A stretch of DNA of 30,375 nt, from IMG/VR virus record IMGVR_UViG_3300044613_002694, positions 1 through 30,375 of that record; one strand, given 5' to 3'. Positions 7,110 through 15,577 of the stretch are shown here, one piece after another. The stretch's first letter is position 1, and every line of letters begins with the position of its first letter. Under the pieces are notes generated by a model. The model ran no database searches, was not told the DNA's origin, and saw only the letters and a list, made by a program, of their open reading frames with translations. The DNA comes from a virus (lineage: Duplodnaviria; Heunggongvirae; Uroviricota; Caudoviricetes). The translations under genes were made by a program, and so were the position numbers.

Positions 7110-7327
7110 GTGAATTAAAAGTACCCTCACCATCTACTATGGATAGTAATATCGAAGCGGAATGGGAATCATCAGAATCATATGGGTTCGATACTTGGAC
7201 AAGGTATATAGAATCATTACCTCACGTTAAATCAGCAAGGCTTGTTTTTAGAGCTGGTGATAATCATACCTTGATCACATTTGAAAATGAAGCGCATAAG
7301 AATTGGTTTATATTGAGGTATTCATGA
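7106..7327 (+). CDS. Array unit 25, class B
   Basis: ATGA overlap; ends WFILRYS. Confidence 0.85.
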   Translation: MSELKVPSPSTMDSNIEAEWESSESYGFDTWTRYIESLPHVKSARLVFRAGDNHTLITFENEAHKNWFILRYS

Positions 7328-7551
7328 TTTTTGATCCCCATACTATTAAGCTGACTGGTACTTTATATGATAATTGCATCTATGAAAATAGATTGTCAGA
7401 TGAAGTATGGGAGTGGTTATTTGACCATTGTAGTGGCCCTAATACTGATCGTTTTTATTATTATACTGGATACACGCCTGGAAGGGATACCCATTATATT
7501 CGGTTTGATTATAGGGAACATAGTAATTGGTTCTTATTGAGATGGAGTTAA
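7324..7551 (+). CDS. Array unit 26, class C
   Basis: ATGA overlap; ends WFLLRWS. Confidence 0.85.
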   Translation: MIFDPHTIKLTGTLYDNCIYENRLSDEVWEWLFDHCSGPNTDRFYYYTGYTPGRDTHYIRFDYREHSNWFLLRWS

Positions 7552-7552
7552 G

Positions 7553-7633
7553 ATGTCAATAAAAATTAATGAGTGTTCTATTGAATTCGACAATGAATCC
7601 TGTTATAATTGGGTTTTAGTGAGGTGGTCTTGA
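7553..7633 (+). CDS. Array unit 27, 26-aa mini-unit MSIKINECSIEFDNESCYNWVLVRWS
   Basis: Hand translation; N-terminus joined directly to the tail motif. Confidence 0.7.
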   Translation: MSIKINECSIEFDNESCYNWVLVRWS

Positions 7634-7848
7634 TTGATTTTATTTTATATGATGGTAGCCCACTTGATGTAAAATTAATGGCTATGTGGGAGGATGACCA
7701 CTACTCTGACCGGCTAAATTATGAAATTTTTGTTGGCTCATTAGATCCGCACATTGTCAATGCAAAAGCAGATGAAAATTATGCGTCAATTACCCTAACA
7801 TTTGAAAACGAAAAATATTTAACCTGGTTTATATTAAAATGGTCATAG
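7630..7848 (+). CDS. Array unit 28, class B-like, TTG start
   Basis: TTGA overlap after GAGG; ends WFILKWS. Confidence 0.8.
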   Translation: MIDFILYDGSPLDVKLMAMWEDDHYSDRLNYEIFVGSLDPHIVNAKADENYASITLTFENEKYLTWFILKWS

Positions 7849-8051
7849 AAAAAGAACAGTATCCGTATTCGATTAATACTTCCTGTATTAGACGTGCATT
7901 TAGGCAAGACATATGGGAGTGGTGCAATCATGTGTTCGGCCCTTATCAAGGTAATGATAAATGGTCATGGGGTGATGATATAGTTAAGTTTAGCACAATC
8001 CATTGTGCCGAGTTTTTTGCATGGAGGTGGTATGGATACGACGTGGACTGA
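7839..8051 (+). CDS. Array unit 29, class C, degenerate tail
   Basis: ATG from AAA-TGG of unit 28; ends FFAWRWYGYDVD. Confidence 0.75.
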   Translation: MVIEKEQYPYSINTSCIRRAFRQDIWEWCNHVFGPYQGNDKWSWGDDIVKFSTIHCAEFFAWRWYGYDVD

Positions 8052-8238
8052 GTTAACACGCACGATGTATCGGGAAATGGCACGTGACGCTCGTAGACAA
8101 GGTTACATTTTCAATAGTGATTTCATCCGCGCAGAAAATATTGGGGATTATTATCCACGAATTCGGAATTACGAATTTGGTGCGATTAAATTTAGAACCC
8201 CAGAATTAAAAACGTTTTATTTATTGAGGTGGTCATGA
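8032..8238 (+). CDS. Array unit 30, unclassified
   Basis: GGAGGTGG SD; ends FYLLRWS. Confidence 0.8.
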   Translation: MDTTWTELTRTMYREMARDARRQGYIFNSDFIRAENIGDYYPRIRNYEFGAIKFRTPELKTFYLLRWS

Positions 8239-8447
8239 AACAGGTTAAGATAGGGTTTGAGAATTTTTATTTAGAGGGTTTACTATTTAAACTTACCCCA
8301 GCAGTTACGAATTGGCTTATTGCACATAAAGTGGAAGATTACCGGGTAAGACATGAACATTTATATGATAGACCTGCTCTGGAAATAGAGTTCGGCGATA
8401 ATGTACCAGATGAAATAATCAATTGGTTTATTTTGAGATGGTTATGA
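8235..8447 (+). CDS. Array unit 31, class C-like
   Basis: ATGA overlap; ends WFILRWL. Confidence 0.85.
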   Translation: MKQVKIGFENFYLEGLLFKLTPAVTNWLIAHKVEDYRVRHEHLYDRPALEIEFGDNVPDEIINWFILRWL

Positions 8448-8644
8448 AAACATTTAATATTAGCGATTTTCCTCGATTTTTAGATGAGTGGATTTTATAC
8501 CCAGATTTTTCTAGTTATCACCACGCTGCTGCTGATTATTATATGAGACAGGTTGGATTCAAATCAGCAAGGTTTGTTAATATTGAGGTTGGTTGGGGCT
8601 TGAGTGATGAAGAATATACATGGTTTTTAATAAGGTATTCATGA
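8444..8644 (+). CDS. Array unit 32, class A
   Basis: ATGA overlap; ends WFLIRYS. Confidence 0.85.
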   Translation: MKTFNISDFPRFLDEWILYPDFSSYHHAAADYYMRQVGFKSARFVNIEVGWGLSDEEYTWFLIRYS

Positions 8645-8838
8645 AAAACATTGACATCTATAAATTTAAAAAATTCATTGCTGCATGGCAATCTGAGCCT
8701 TATTCTCGGTTAAAGGGTGATGAATGTATGCGACGAATGGGTTTTAAATCGGCAATGTATGTAATTTTTTCAAAAGATAATAAATCATGGCAATTAAGTG
8801 AAGAAGAATATACTTGGTTTGTCTTGAGGTGGTCATGA
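8641..8838 (+). CDS. Array unit 33, class A
   Basis: ATGA overlap; ends WFVLRWS. Confidence 0.85.
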   Translation: MKNIDIYKFKKFIAAWQSEPYSRLKGDECMRRMGFKSAMYVIFSKDNKSWQLSEEEYTWFVLRWS

Positions 8839-9035
8839 AGTCGATCTCATTAGAGTCAGCACCGTGTTTAGCCATGCGTGAATATTACTCGTTGAATGTA
8901 TGGGAGCCTGGGTGTACTATAATTTATTTAGATTGGGTGTTTAATGAATATCGTGCAACATTTGATAAAGAAAATTGGACATATGTATTTGAACATGATG
9001 AAGAATATACTTGGTTTTTATTGAGGTGGTCATGA
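8835..9035 (+). CDS. Array unit 34, unclassified
   Basis: ATGA overlap; ends WFLLRWS. Confidence 0.85.
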   Translation: MKSISLESAPCLAMREYYSLNVWEPGCTIIYLDWVFNEYRATFDKENWTYVFEHDEEYTWFLLRWS

Positions 9036-9295
9036 GTGAGTTATATTTAAAAGAGGGTACTGCGTTATATCATAAACTGACTCGGCTATTTTTTAGTAGT
9101 CAAACTTATACCTGGTATAAGGATGAATGGGAATTATCAGAATTTTATGAATTCAGTCATTGGACAAGGTATATAGAATCATTACCTCACGTTAAATCTG
9201 CACAGTTTGTTGCTAGTAAACCTGGTAAAGAATATACCTTGATCACATTTGATAGTGAAGAACATAAGACTTGGTTTATATTGAGGTATTCATGA
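9032..9295 (+). CDS. Array unit 35, class B chimera of unit 20-, 25- and 9-like segments
   Basis: ATGA overlap; ends WFILRYS. Confidence 0.85.
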   Translation: MSELYLKEGTALYHKLTRLFFSSQTYTWYKDEWELSEFYEFSHWTRYIESLPHVKSAQFVASKPGKEYTLITFDSEEHKTWFILRYS

Positions 9296-9477
9296 AAATA
9301 CTCGATTTATATTATTTTCCAAAATACAAAACAGAATTTATAAACGATGGATACAGTACATGGGAAGCTAGTGTTAGGGCTAATGGATTTAAAAGTGCAG
9401 TTACTTGTTCAGCGTTTGGTGAAAGATTATGGATATCAGATGAAGAGTATACTTGGTTCTTATTGAGGTGGTCATGA
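9292..9477 (+). CDS. Array unit 36, class A
   Basis: ATGA overlap; ends WFLLRWS. Confidence 0.85.
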   Translation: MKILDLYYFPKYKTEFINDGYSTWEASVRANGFKSAVTCSAFGERLWISDEEYTWFLLRWS

Positions 9478-9683
9478 CTATAAAAATTGATTCGAAGATA
9501 GTCCCAAAGGTTGTTTTAAAAAATTTACACGATCAATGTAGCCATATGGTTGGCACAGGCAAATATTGGGCAACGATAAATGATGAGTTGAATAAATTTG
9601 GTGCGAAATATGATCATTCTAAATCATGTTTTCATTTTAACGATGAAGCTATGTATCATTGGTTCTTATTGAGGTGGTCATAA
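9474..9683 (+). CDS. Array unit 37, class D
   Basis: ATGA overlap; ends WFLLRWS. Confidence 0.85.
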   Translation: MTIKIDSKIVPKVVLKNLHDQCSHMVGTGKYWATINDELNKFGAKYDHSKSCFHFNDEAMYHWFLLRWS

Positions 9684-9928
9684 TGCATCGATTAGAAATA
9701 CCAGGATGTATCTTCGAATCTACCCCAATCTGGTGGCAAAACTTTATCCATGATTGCCGATTAAAATACCCAAATGATTTTGGAAGTGATTTTCGGCGGG
9801 TAACTACTAAAATTCTTAAAGAAGAGTATCATGCATCAAAGATTTATGATAGACGTATTAATGATATAGAAGCCTTGGCATTTGACAAAGAAGAATATAA
9901 GACTTGGTTTGTATTGAGGTGGTCATGA
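9683..9928 (+). CDS. Array unit 38, class E
   Basis: TAATG overlap; PIWWQNF; ends WFVLRWS. Confidence 0.85.
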   Translation: MHRLEIPGCIFESTPIWWQNFIHDCRLKYPNDFGSDFRRVTTKILKEEYHASKIYDRRINDIEALAFDKEEYKTWFVLRWS

Positions 9929-10146
9929 GTTTTACAATTAATTATAAGATGTTACCTAAAAATGTAAAAAAAAATTTTGAAGATTTTTGCTTGTGGGAAC
10001 ATAAACAACTCGATTATGAGATGTGTATACGAAACGAAGCAGTTGAACTTGCCAAATTTAATGCAATACACGATAAATCTAACAATGATTTGTTTGTTTT
10101 TGAAAACGAAGCCTGTTATAATTGGTTTGTATTGAGGTGGTCATGA
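9925..10146 (+). CDS. Array unit 39, class D
   Basis: ATGA overlap; ends WFVLRWS. Confidence 0.85.
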   Translation: MSFTINYKMLPKNVKKNFEDFCLWEHKQLDYEMCIRNEAVELAKFNAIHDKSNNDLFVFENEACYNWFVLRWS

Positions 10147-10337
10147 GTTTTACTATTGAATGGCCATCTATACCATACGATGTTCGACGGAAATTTTGTG
10201 CTGCATATCCTGTTCCTATTAATATGAATATTTTTAAAGCAGAATTAGCAAAGTTTCATTGTGAGTATACCAGTGATAATCTAGCCATTTTTGAAAGCGA
10301 AGCACATTATAATTGGTTTTTGTTGAGATGGAGTTAG
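10143..10337 (+). CDS. Array unit 40, class D
   Basis: ATGA overlap; ends WFLLRWS. Confidence 0.85.
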   Translation: MSFTIEWPSIPYDVRRKFCAAYPVPINMNIFKAELAKFHCEYTSDNLAIFESEAHYNWFLLRWS

Positions 10338-10338
10338 T

Positions 10339-10521
10339 ATGATATTTGATGTGACAGATTTTCCTAAATTTGTGAGTTATGCTGGAGGAAACTTTCCCAA
10401 TTCGGTGCTAATGTCTGATAGTCTAATAGCTGCCGGGTATAAATCAACCAAGTTTAGATCTTATGGTTCTTGGTATATGGATGATGAAGAATACACTTGG
10501 TTTGTATTGAGGTGGTCATGA
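10339..10521 (+). CDS. Array unit 41, class A
   Basis: 1-nt gap; ends WFVLRWS. Confidence 0.85.
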   Translation: MIFDVTDFPKFVSYAGGNFPNSVLMSDSLIAAGYKSTKFRSYGSWYMDDEEYTWFVLRWS

Positions 10522-10715
10522 GTTTTACTATCGATTGGATAGAAATACCGTTCAACCCTCGAAAAAACTTTTGTGACAAATATGTTCATCCCTATGACGA
10601 TCTCAGTGTTTTTAGAGCAGAATTGGCAAAGTTTCATTGTGAGTATACCAGTGATAATCTAGCCATTTTTGAAAGCGAAGCACATTACACTTGGTTTGTA
10701 TTGAGGTGGTCATGA
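10518..10715 (+). CDS. Array unit 42, class D (62 nt identical to unit 40)
   Basis: ATGA overlap; ends WFVLRWS. Confidence 0.85.
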   Translation: MSFTIDWIEIPFNPRKNFCDKYVHPYDDLSVFRAELAKFHCEYTSDNLAIFESEAHYTWFVLRWS

Positions 10716-10930
10716 TACAATTAAGAATACCTTCACCATCTAATATAGATGAAAATCTTGAAGCAGAATGGGAAGCAGAAGATATTAATATAGATGAATG
10801 GTTACGTTATTTGAAATCATTAACTTATGTTAAGGATGCAGAATGGATTGATAGGTTGCTGAATCCCTATACACTTATTACATTTGAAAGTGAAGCACAT
10901 AAGAACTGGTTTATTTTGAGGTGGTCATGA
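10712..10930 (+). CDS. Array unit 43, class B
   Basis: ATGA overlap; ends WFILRWS. Confidence 0.85.
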   Translation: MIQLRIPSPSNIDENLEAEWEAEDINIDEWLRYLKSLTYVKDAEWIDRLLNPYTLITFESEAHKNWFILRWS

Positions 10931-11367
10931 ACCGGAGTTTACGTATTATTAATAAAGGATTTAAAGCAGAAATCACAAACCGGGATAACGAATATAAGTT
11001 TATGGATCAGGTTAGGTGGTGCTACGAACATAAAAGTAAGATAAGGTTCTTATGGTTTTTTGAACGTGATGCTAAATTTGAATGTATGAGTTTAGTTAAT
11101 ACCAATACGTTTTATTTTGAAAAAGAATCAGATCGTAATTGGTTTCTAATTAGGTGGTCATGCATGATACATTTAAAAGTATTCACTTTCTCAGCCATGG
11201 ATGATAATCTCTCCAAGGAATGGGATCGTTTAGATTCGTGGATACCGTGGATACAATATATAAAATCATTACCACATGTTATAGAGGCGGAATGGAACAC
11301 TACCTATACACGTATTACATTTAAAAATGAAGCACATAAGAATTGGTTTGTATTGAGGTGGTCATGA
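10927..11367 (+). CDS. Array unit 44, in-frame fusion of a class C and a class B unit
   Basis: Internal WFLIRWS-C-MIHL; CATGCATG at 11159-11166; ends WFVLRWS. Confidence 0.85.
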   Translation: MNRSLRIINKGFKAEITNRDNEYKFMDQVRWCYEHKSKIRFLWFFERDAKFECMSLVNTNTFYFEKESDRNWFLIRWSCMIHLKVFTFSAMDDNLSKEWDRLDSWIPWIQYIKSLPHVIEAEWNTTYTRITFKNEAHKNWFVLRWS

Positions 11368-11558
11368 AAACGATTAAGATAACTAATTTCCCAAAATATA
11401 AAAAAGAGTGTCAAAATGATGAATATGATACCTGGGAAGAAAGTGTTAGAGCTAATGGATATAAAAGTGCAATTGCTGATCCTAACGATAATTATTTTGG
11501 TACTTATATACGTATGTCGGATGAAGATTACACGTGGTTCGTTTTAAAATGGTCATGA
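11364..11558 (+). CDS. Array unit 45, class A
   Basis: ATGA overlap; ends WFVLKWS. Confidence 0.85.
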   Translation: MKTIKITNFPKYKKECQNDEYDTWEESVRANGYKSAIADPNDNYFGTYIRMSDEDYTWFVLKWS

Positions 11559-11758
11559 CGTATTCAGTAAGATTCTTTGACATACCATATCGTGTCAGGT
11601 ATAATTACATCAAAGAATACAAACTTGTTGAGACAGTCGAGGGTTATGAAGAATTGATGAGCAAGTATCGATTTAAAAGAGTTATGCGTGATCACCTGTT
11701 GTATTACGAGTTTGAATCCGAAAAATATTACACTTGGTTTTTATTAAGATTTTCATGA
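11555..11758 (+). CDS. Array unit 46, class D-like
   Basis: ATGA overlap; ends WFLLRFS. Confidence 0.85.
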   Translation: MTYSVRFFDIPYRVRYNYIKEYKLVETVEGYEELMSKYRFKRVMRDHLLYYEFESEKYYTWFLLRFS

Positions 11759-12012
11759 ATACAGAAATAGAATTAACATCTTTTTTAGAAGATTGTCCAG
11801 CAGTTTGGCGTAAATTCAGTCAGATTGAAATAGAGTCTACCGATATTTACGAATTACCAGTAGCTGATGCAATAACCAGATTAAATGAGTTATTAAAAAA
11901 ATATCATGCTGAATATACCCATGCATACAGTGTAAATGGAAATGTTTGTCGTCGATATTTAAAATTCGAAAGTGAAGCGCATAAGAATTGGTTTATTATC
12001 AAATGGTCATAA
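11755..12012 (+). CDS. Array unit 47, class E-like
   Basis: ATGA overlap; ends WFIIKWS. Confidence 0.85.
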   Translation: MNTEIELTSFLEDCPAVWRKFSQIEIESTDIYELPVADAITRLNELLKKYHAEYTHAYSVNGNVCRRYLKFESEAHKNWFIIKWS

Positions 12013-12230
12013 TTCATTTCAGTAAAAAAAATTATAATCAGCTAAATGCATGTGAACCATGGTGGTTTAATTTTGTTGATTATTACTCAGATATAATAGA
12101 ACCATGGTATGGCTTTGATTCAATCAATCAGATATTGAAAGAATATGATGCGGTGGTTAATCCCTCCAACAACACTGTTATTTTTAATGATGATGCAAAA
12201 GCTACTTGGTTTCTATTAAAATGGGCTTAA
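12003..12230 (+). CDS. Array unit 48, class E
   Basis: ATG from AAA-TGG; PWWFNF; ends WFLLKWA. Confidence 0.8.
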   Translation: MVIIHFSKKNYNQLNACEPWWFNFVDYYSDIIEPWYGFDSINQILKEYDAVVNPSNNTVIFNDDAKATWFLLKWA

Positions 12231-12448
12231 TCAATCATATTACTCAAACTAGATTTGAAGCAAACGGCGAGGTATTCTATTACCATGTCGTTCATATTTC
12301 TAGTATCATGAATGCCGAAATTTGTGAATGGTGTTTGTCAAACTTTGATCGTAGTAATGATCTTGATAGATGGTTTACCGATCATTGGGGTAAGTATTTT
12401 TTTAGACATGAAGATGATAAGAATTGGTTTGTATTGAGGTGGTCATGA
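12221..12448 (+). CDS. Array unit 49, class C
   Basis: ATG from AAA-TGG; ends WFVLRWS. Confidence 0.8.
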   Translation: MGLINHITQTRFEANGEVFYYHVVHISSIMNAEICEWCLSNFDRSNDLDRWFTDHWGKYFFRHEDDKNWFVLRWS

Positions 12449-12702
12449 AAATACTACATTTAAGAGTTGGTTCTATAGCAGATCAAGCTGGTTGGTGGGT
12501 TAATTTCATAAAGGATTGTGATGAACGAGGTGGTTGGGATACGTATTCCCGAGATTCCGAACGGGTTGATTTCATCATAAATGAAGTCCGCAAGGCAGGT
12601 GCTGAACCAATTTTAAGAAGCTCGAACGTTCCAGGATCAATCATTGGTATGACTTTCGAAAATGAAGCTAAAGCCAATTGGTTCTTATTGAGGTGGTCAT
12701 GA
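12445..12702 (+). CDS. Array unit 50, class E
   Basis: ATGA overlap; WWVNF; ends WFLLRWS. Confidence 0.85.
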   Translation: MKILHLRVGSIADQAGWWVNFIKDCDERGGWDTYSRDSERVDFIINEVRKAGAEPILRSSNVPGSIIGMTFENEAKANWFLLRWS

Positions 12703-12884
12703 GAATAATCAACATATTAGATTTTGAAAAGTTCACCGATTATTATTCGGAGAAATGGCAATTTAATACCTGGGATGAATGTTTACGAGATACCGGTATT
12801 AAACAAATTGCTTGGATTGATGATACCTTTCAGATAGAGATCACTGATGCAGAATACACCTGGTTTGTGTTGAGGTGGGCATAA
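12699..12884 (+). CDS. Array unit 51, class A
   Basis: ATGA overlap; ends WFVLRWA. Confidence 0.85.
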   Translation: MRIINILDFEKFTDYYSEKWQFNTWDECLRDTGIKQIAWIDDTFQIEITDAEYTWFVLRWA

Positions 12885-13090
12885 TGAAATCATACACTGA
12901 TACCGACATTTATGTTGTAGAAATAGAGGAAAATGATGAGCAGTATATAGAGGACTACCTTGATTGGTGTGAAGAGACATTTGAAGAAGATAAATGGATT
13001 ATTGCTGCTAGTGAATTGTTGTTCGAAAATACTAGGATTCTGTTTATGACAGAACAAGATCGTAATTGGTTTATGATGAGGTGGGGATGA
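12884..13090 (+). CDS. Array unit 52, class C
   Basis: TAATG overlap; ends WFMMRWG. Confidence 0.85.
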   Translation: MKSYTDTDIYVVEIEENDEQYIEDYLDWCEETFEEDKWIIAASELLFENTRILFMTEQDRNWFMMRWG

Positions 13091-13329
13091 AAAAAGTATT
13101 TTTCACGACTGAGGTTGCATTAAAGTTTTACACCGTACAAATCAAAGAAGATATTGGCTGGAATTCATTTATTGATGCCAAAGAGGAATGGTGCGATAAT
13201 CATAAAAGTAAGGTCAAATTCTTTTGGTTTTTTGAACGTGATGCACGATATGTTTACAGTTATTATTATTCAACCTGGTATTTTGAAAAAGAAGTTGACC
13301 GTAATTGGTTTATGATGAGGTGGGGATGA
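13087..13329 (+). CDS. Array unit 53, class C
   Basis: ATGA overlap; ends WFMMRWG. Confidence 0.85.
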   Translation: MKKVFFTTEVALKFYTVQIKEDIGWNSFIDAKEEWCDNHKSKVKFFWFFERDARYVYSYYYSTWYFEKEVDRNWFMMRWG

Positions 13330-13571
13330 TCGTTTGTGATGTAACTCTTAAAAACAATAGCCCATTCGATATTAGTGCATGGTGTGGAAAACAATTTGGT
13401 CCAGGTGGATACTCGTACACCCCATCAGACAACTATCGATGGACTATGTACATTTATACCGGTAGTGGTATCAAAAGACACCCAGCCCGAATTAGATTAT
13501 CATTTTTAAATGATCAAGATTATAACTGGTTTTGCTTGAGGTTCGAATGTCAAACAACGAAGATAAGTTAA
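13326..13571 (+). CDS. Array unit 54, class C, extended tail
   Basis: ATGA overlap; ends WFCLRFECQTTKIS. Confidence 0.85.
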   Translation: MIVCDVTLKNNSPFDISAWCGKQFGPGGYSYTPSDNYRWTMYIYTGSGIKRHPARIRLSFLNDQDYNWFCLRFECQTTKIS

Positions 13572-13762
13572 TACTTAAACCCTATCGTATCACTGCGTCT
13601 AATGTACCAAACTCAATAAGAAACAAATTAGGGTATGATACGGCAAGTTGGCGAGATGTAATTGAAGAATGCCATGGTATTATATACAGGACTACGTTTG
13701 ATTATGTTCTTGAATTTGAAAGTCTTGCCCAGTATAATTGGTTCTTAATAAGGTATAGTTAA
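13547..13762 (+). CDS. Array unit 55, class D-like
   Basis: GAGG SD in unit 54 tail; ends WFLIRYS. Confidence 0.8.
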   Translation: MSNNEDKLILKPYRITASNVPNSIRNKLGYDTASWRDVIEECHGIIYRTTFDYVLEFESLAQYNWFLIRYS

Positions 13763-14013
13763 TGATCTCTGCGGAAGGTAGATTAGAGGGTCTTAAAGCA
13801 CGTTATTATATTGCATCCCTACCCATGTCTAATGACTTGTTAGAACAATACAATTGGTGTGTTGGCCATAATAGTTGCGTTAAGTCATGGTGGTTTTTTA
13901 CAAGGCCAGCTCGATTTTTCTGGGACCCTACTAGATTTAATAATACGTTTTATTTTGAAAAAGAATCAGATCGCAATTGGTTTATAATGAGGTGGGGCTA
14001 TGACAGAAACTGA
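13762..14013 (+). CDS. Array unit 56, class C
   Basis: TAATG overlap; ends WFIMRWGYDRN. Confidence 0.85.
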   Translation: MISAEGRLEGLKARYYIASLPMSNDLLEQYNWCVGHNSCVKSWWFFTRPARFFWDPTRFNNTFYFEKESDRNWFIMRWGYDRN

Positions 14014-14257
14014 TGGGTTGTTTTATTACGCACCCTATAATCCATTTGGGGTACCCTACAAAACCACCAGAAAGCTTACCGACGTAGATGGTATATGGTA
14101 TACTGTAATTACTATGAAACATGAAGTGGACGATTGGATAGTTGAACTACCTATGGGTAGTTGGCGTTACTCTGCCAATAGAAGAATGGTAGACCTGTTC
14201 AGTGGGTTCGATTTACGTGAAGATGTCTACCAGTGGTTTTTATTGAGGTGGTCATGA
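14000..14257 (+). CDS. Array unit 57, related to unit 67
   Basis: GAGG SD in unit 56 tail; ends WFLLRWS. Confidence 0.85.
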   Translation: MTETDGLFYYAPYNPFGVPYKTTRKLTDVDGIWYTVITMKHEVDDWIVELPMGSWRYSANRRMVDLFSGFDLREDVYQWFLLRWS

Positions 14258-14460
14258 CGTTTGTAATAAGTGAGCACAATTTACCCATTAACTATAGACG
14301 GTTTAACGACCATTGTAACAAGAATGAAAACGGTACAAGATATTGGGTTAACGTTCGTCAAGAACTAGAAAAATTCAAAGCAACCTATAATAACATAACA
14401 AATCAACTTGTGTTTGAATCAGAAGCCCATTATAATTGGTTTGTATTGAGGTGGTCATGA
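14254..14460 (+). CDS. Array unit 58, class D
   Basis: ATGA overlap; ends WFVLRWS. Confidence 0.85.
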   Translation: MTFVISEHNLPINYRRFNDHCNKNENGTRYWVNVRQELEKFKATYNNITNQLVFESEAHYNWFVLRWS

Positions 14461-14684
14461 CATTTGAAGTTAAGTTTAAAAACATACCAGACATAACTAG
14501 AGAGAATTTTCTAACAGCATGTGGTAAATATGATGATTTTGTATCCAAGTATGATTTCGACACAAGACGAAATCATGAATTAGCGAAGTGTAAAGGTAAC
14601 CGGGTTAGTAATGGTCTAGGTGAACTGGTATACGAATTTGAAAGTGAAGCCCATTATAATTGGTTTGTAGTGAGGTGGTCATGA
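14457..14684 (+). CDS. Array unit 59, class D
   Basis: ATGA overlap; ends WFVVRWS. Confidence 0.85.
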   Translation: MTFEVKFKNIPDITRENFLTACGKYDDFVSKYDFDTRRNHELAKCKGNRVSNGLGELVYEFESEAHYNWFVVRWS

Positions 14685-14905
14685 CTTTTGAAATTTATTT
14701 TGAAAACATACCACAAATTGTTAAAACGAATTTCCTTATAGATTGTGATAATTATCACCAGAGTGGTGTAAATCACATTAACGAAACAATTAATAAAGAA
14801 TTAGCGAAGTTCAAGGGTAAACGGTTTAAGAATTGCCATGACAAGCTGGTATACGAATTTGAAAGTGAAGCCCATTATAATTGGTTTGTATTGAGGTATT
14901 CGTAA
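14681..14905 (+). CDS. Array unit 60, class D
   Basis: ATGA overlap; ends WFVLRYS. Confidence 0.85.
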   Translation: MTFEIYFENIPQIVKTNFLIDCDNYHQSGVNHINETINKELAKFKGKRFKNCHDKLVYEFESEAHYNWFVLRYS

Positions 14906-15129
14906 TGTATAAAGTAACCATCCCATTTGATCCAGAATGGCCTGATGAAAACTGTAAGGTACTATTGGCAAAAGAATGGTGTCACCAAACGTTTGGTAGC
15001 CGTCGATGCCCAATTACGTTAAAGTATCGTTGGATGACTAGATATACGTGGACCGGTAATAGATATATAATATATTTCTTTTTTGAAAAAGAAGAACATG
15101 CAACGTAGTTCAAATTACAATGGGCATGA
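14905..15129 (+). pseudogene. Array unit 61, class C, motif Trp codon replaced by TAG at 15106-15108
   Basis: ...EKEEHAT*FKLQWA* in frame; only the tail motif is lost. Confidence 0.75.
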
Positions 15130-15368
15130 AATTTAAGACATTTGATAGTAGGGCTGATCTCGATCACCCATATGGTGTATGTTTAGAAGTGTTTGGCGAT
15201 ACTTATGAGATAACCTTTACCAAAATAGAAATTGATAATTGGTGCCTAGAACAGTTTGGTCCCGATGGGGATAAATGGGCAGGGGTAATGTATGTTGGTG
15301 AAAACTACATAAGGGTATATTTCAAATCTATTGATGATCGTAATTGGTTTTTATTGAGATGGACATGA
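15126..15368 (+). CDS. Array unit 62, class C
   Basis: ATGA overlap with the relic stop of unit 61; ends WFLLRWT. Confidence 0.85.
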   Translation: MKFKTFDSRADLDHPYGVCLEVFGDTYEITFTKIEIDNWCLEQFGPDGDKWAGVMYVGENYIRVYFKSIDDRNWFLLRWT

Positions 15369-15577
15369 TATCAATTAATATAACACATAAACAATGGAAC
15401 AAATTAGCATTCTATCGTGATGAGTCCGATTCTAGTATTGTGAATATGCGTTCATCACGAGAAATGAAACAATATATCAAAGATACCTATCATGGAAATT
15501 ATGATCAACTAAAAGGTTTTGGAACCATCACATTTGAACATGAACATCTTCTAACTTGGTTTTTATTAAATGTATGA
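15365..15577 (+). CDS. Array unit 63, unclassified
   Basis: ATGA overlap; ends WFLLNV. Confidence 0.85.
   Translation: MISINITHKQWNKLAFYRDESDSSIVNMRSSREMKQYIKDTYHGNYDQLKGFGTITFEHEHLLTWFLLNV

Noticed and set aside
6727-15108. Stop-codon reassignment (TAA or TAG read as sense)
   Set aside because: Only one internal case of each was found. Both codons end many genes exactly at the expected motif end, and long genes have no internal stops.
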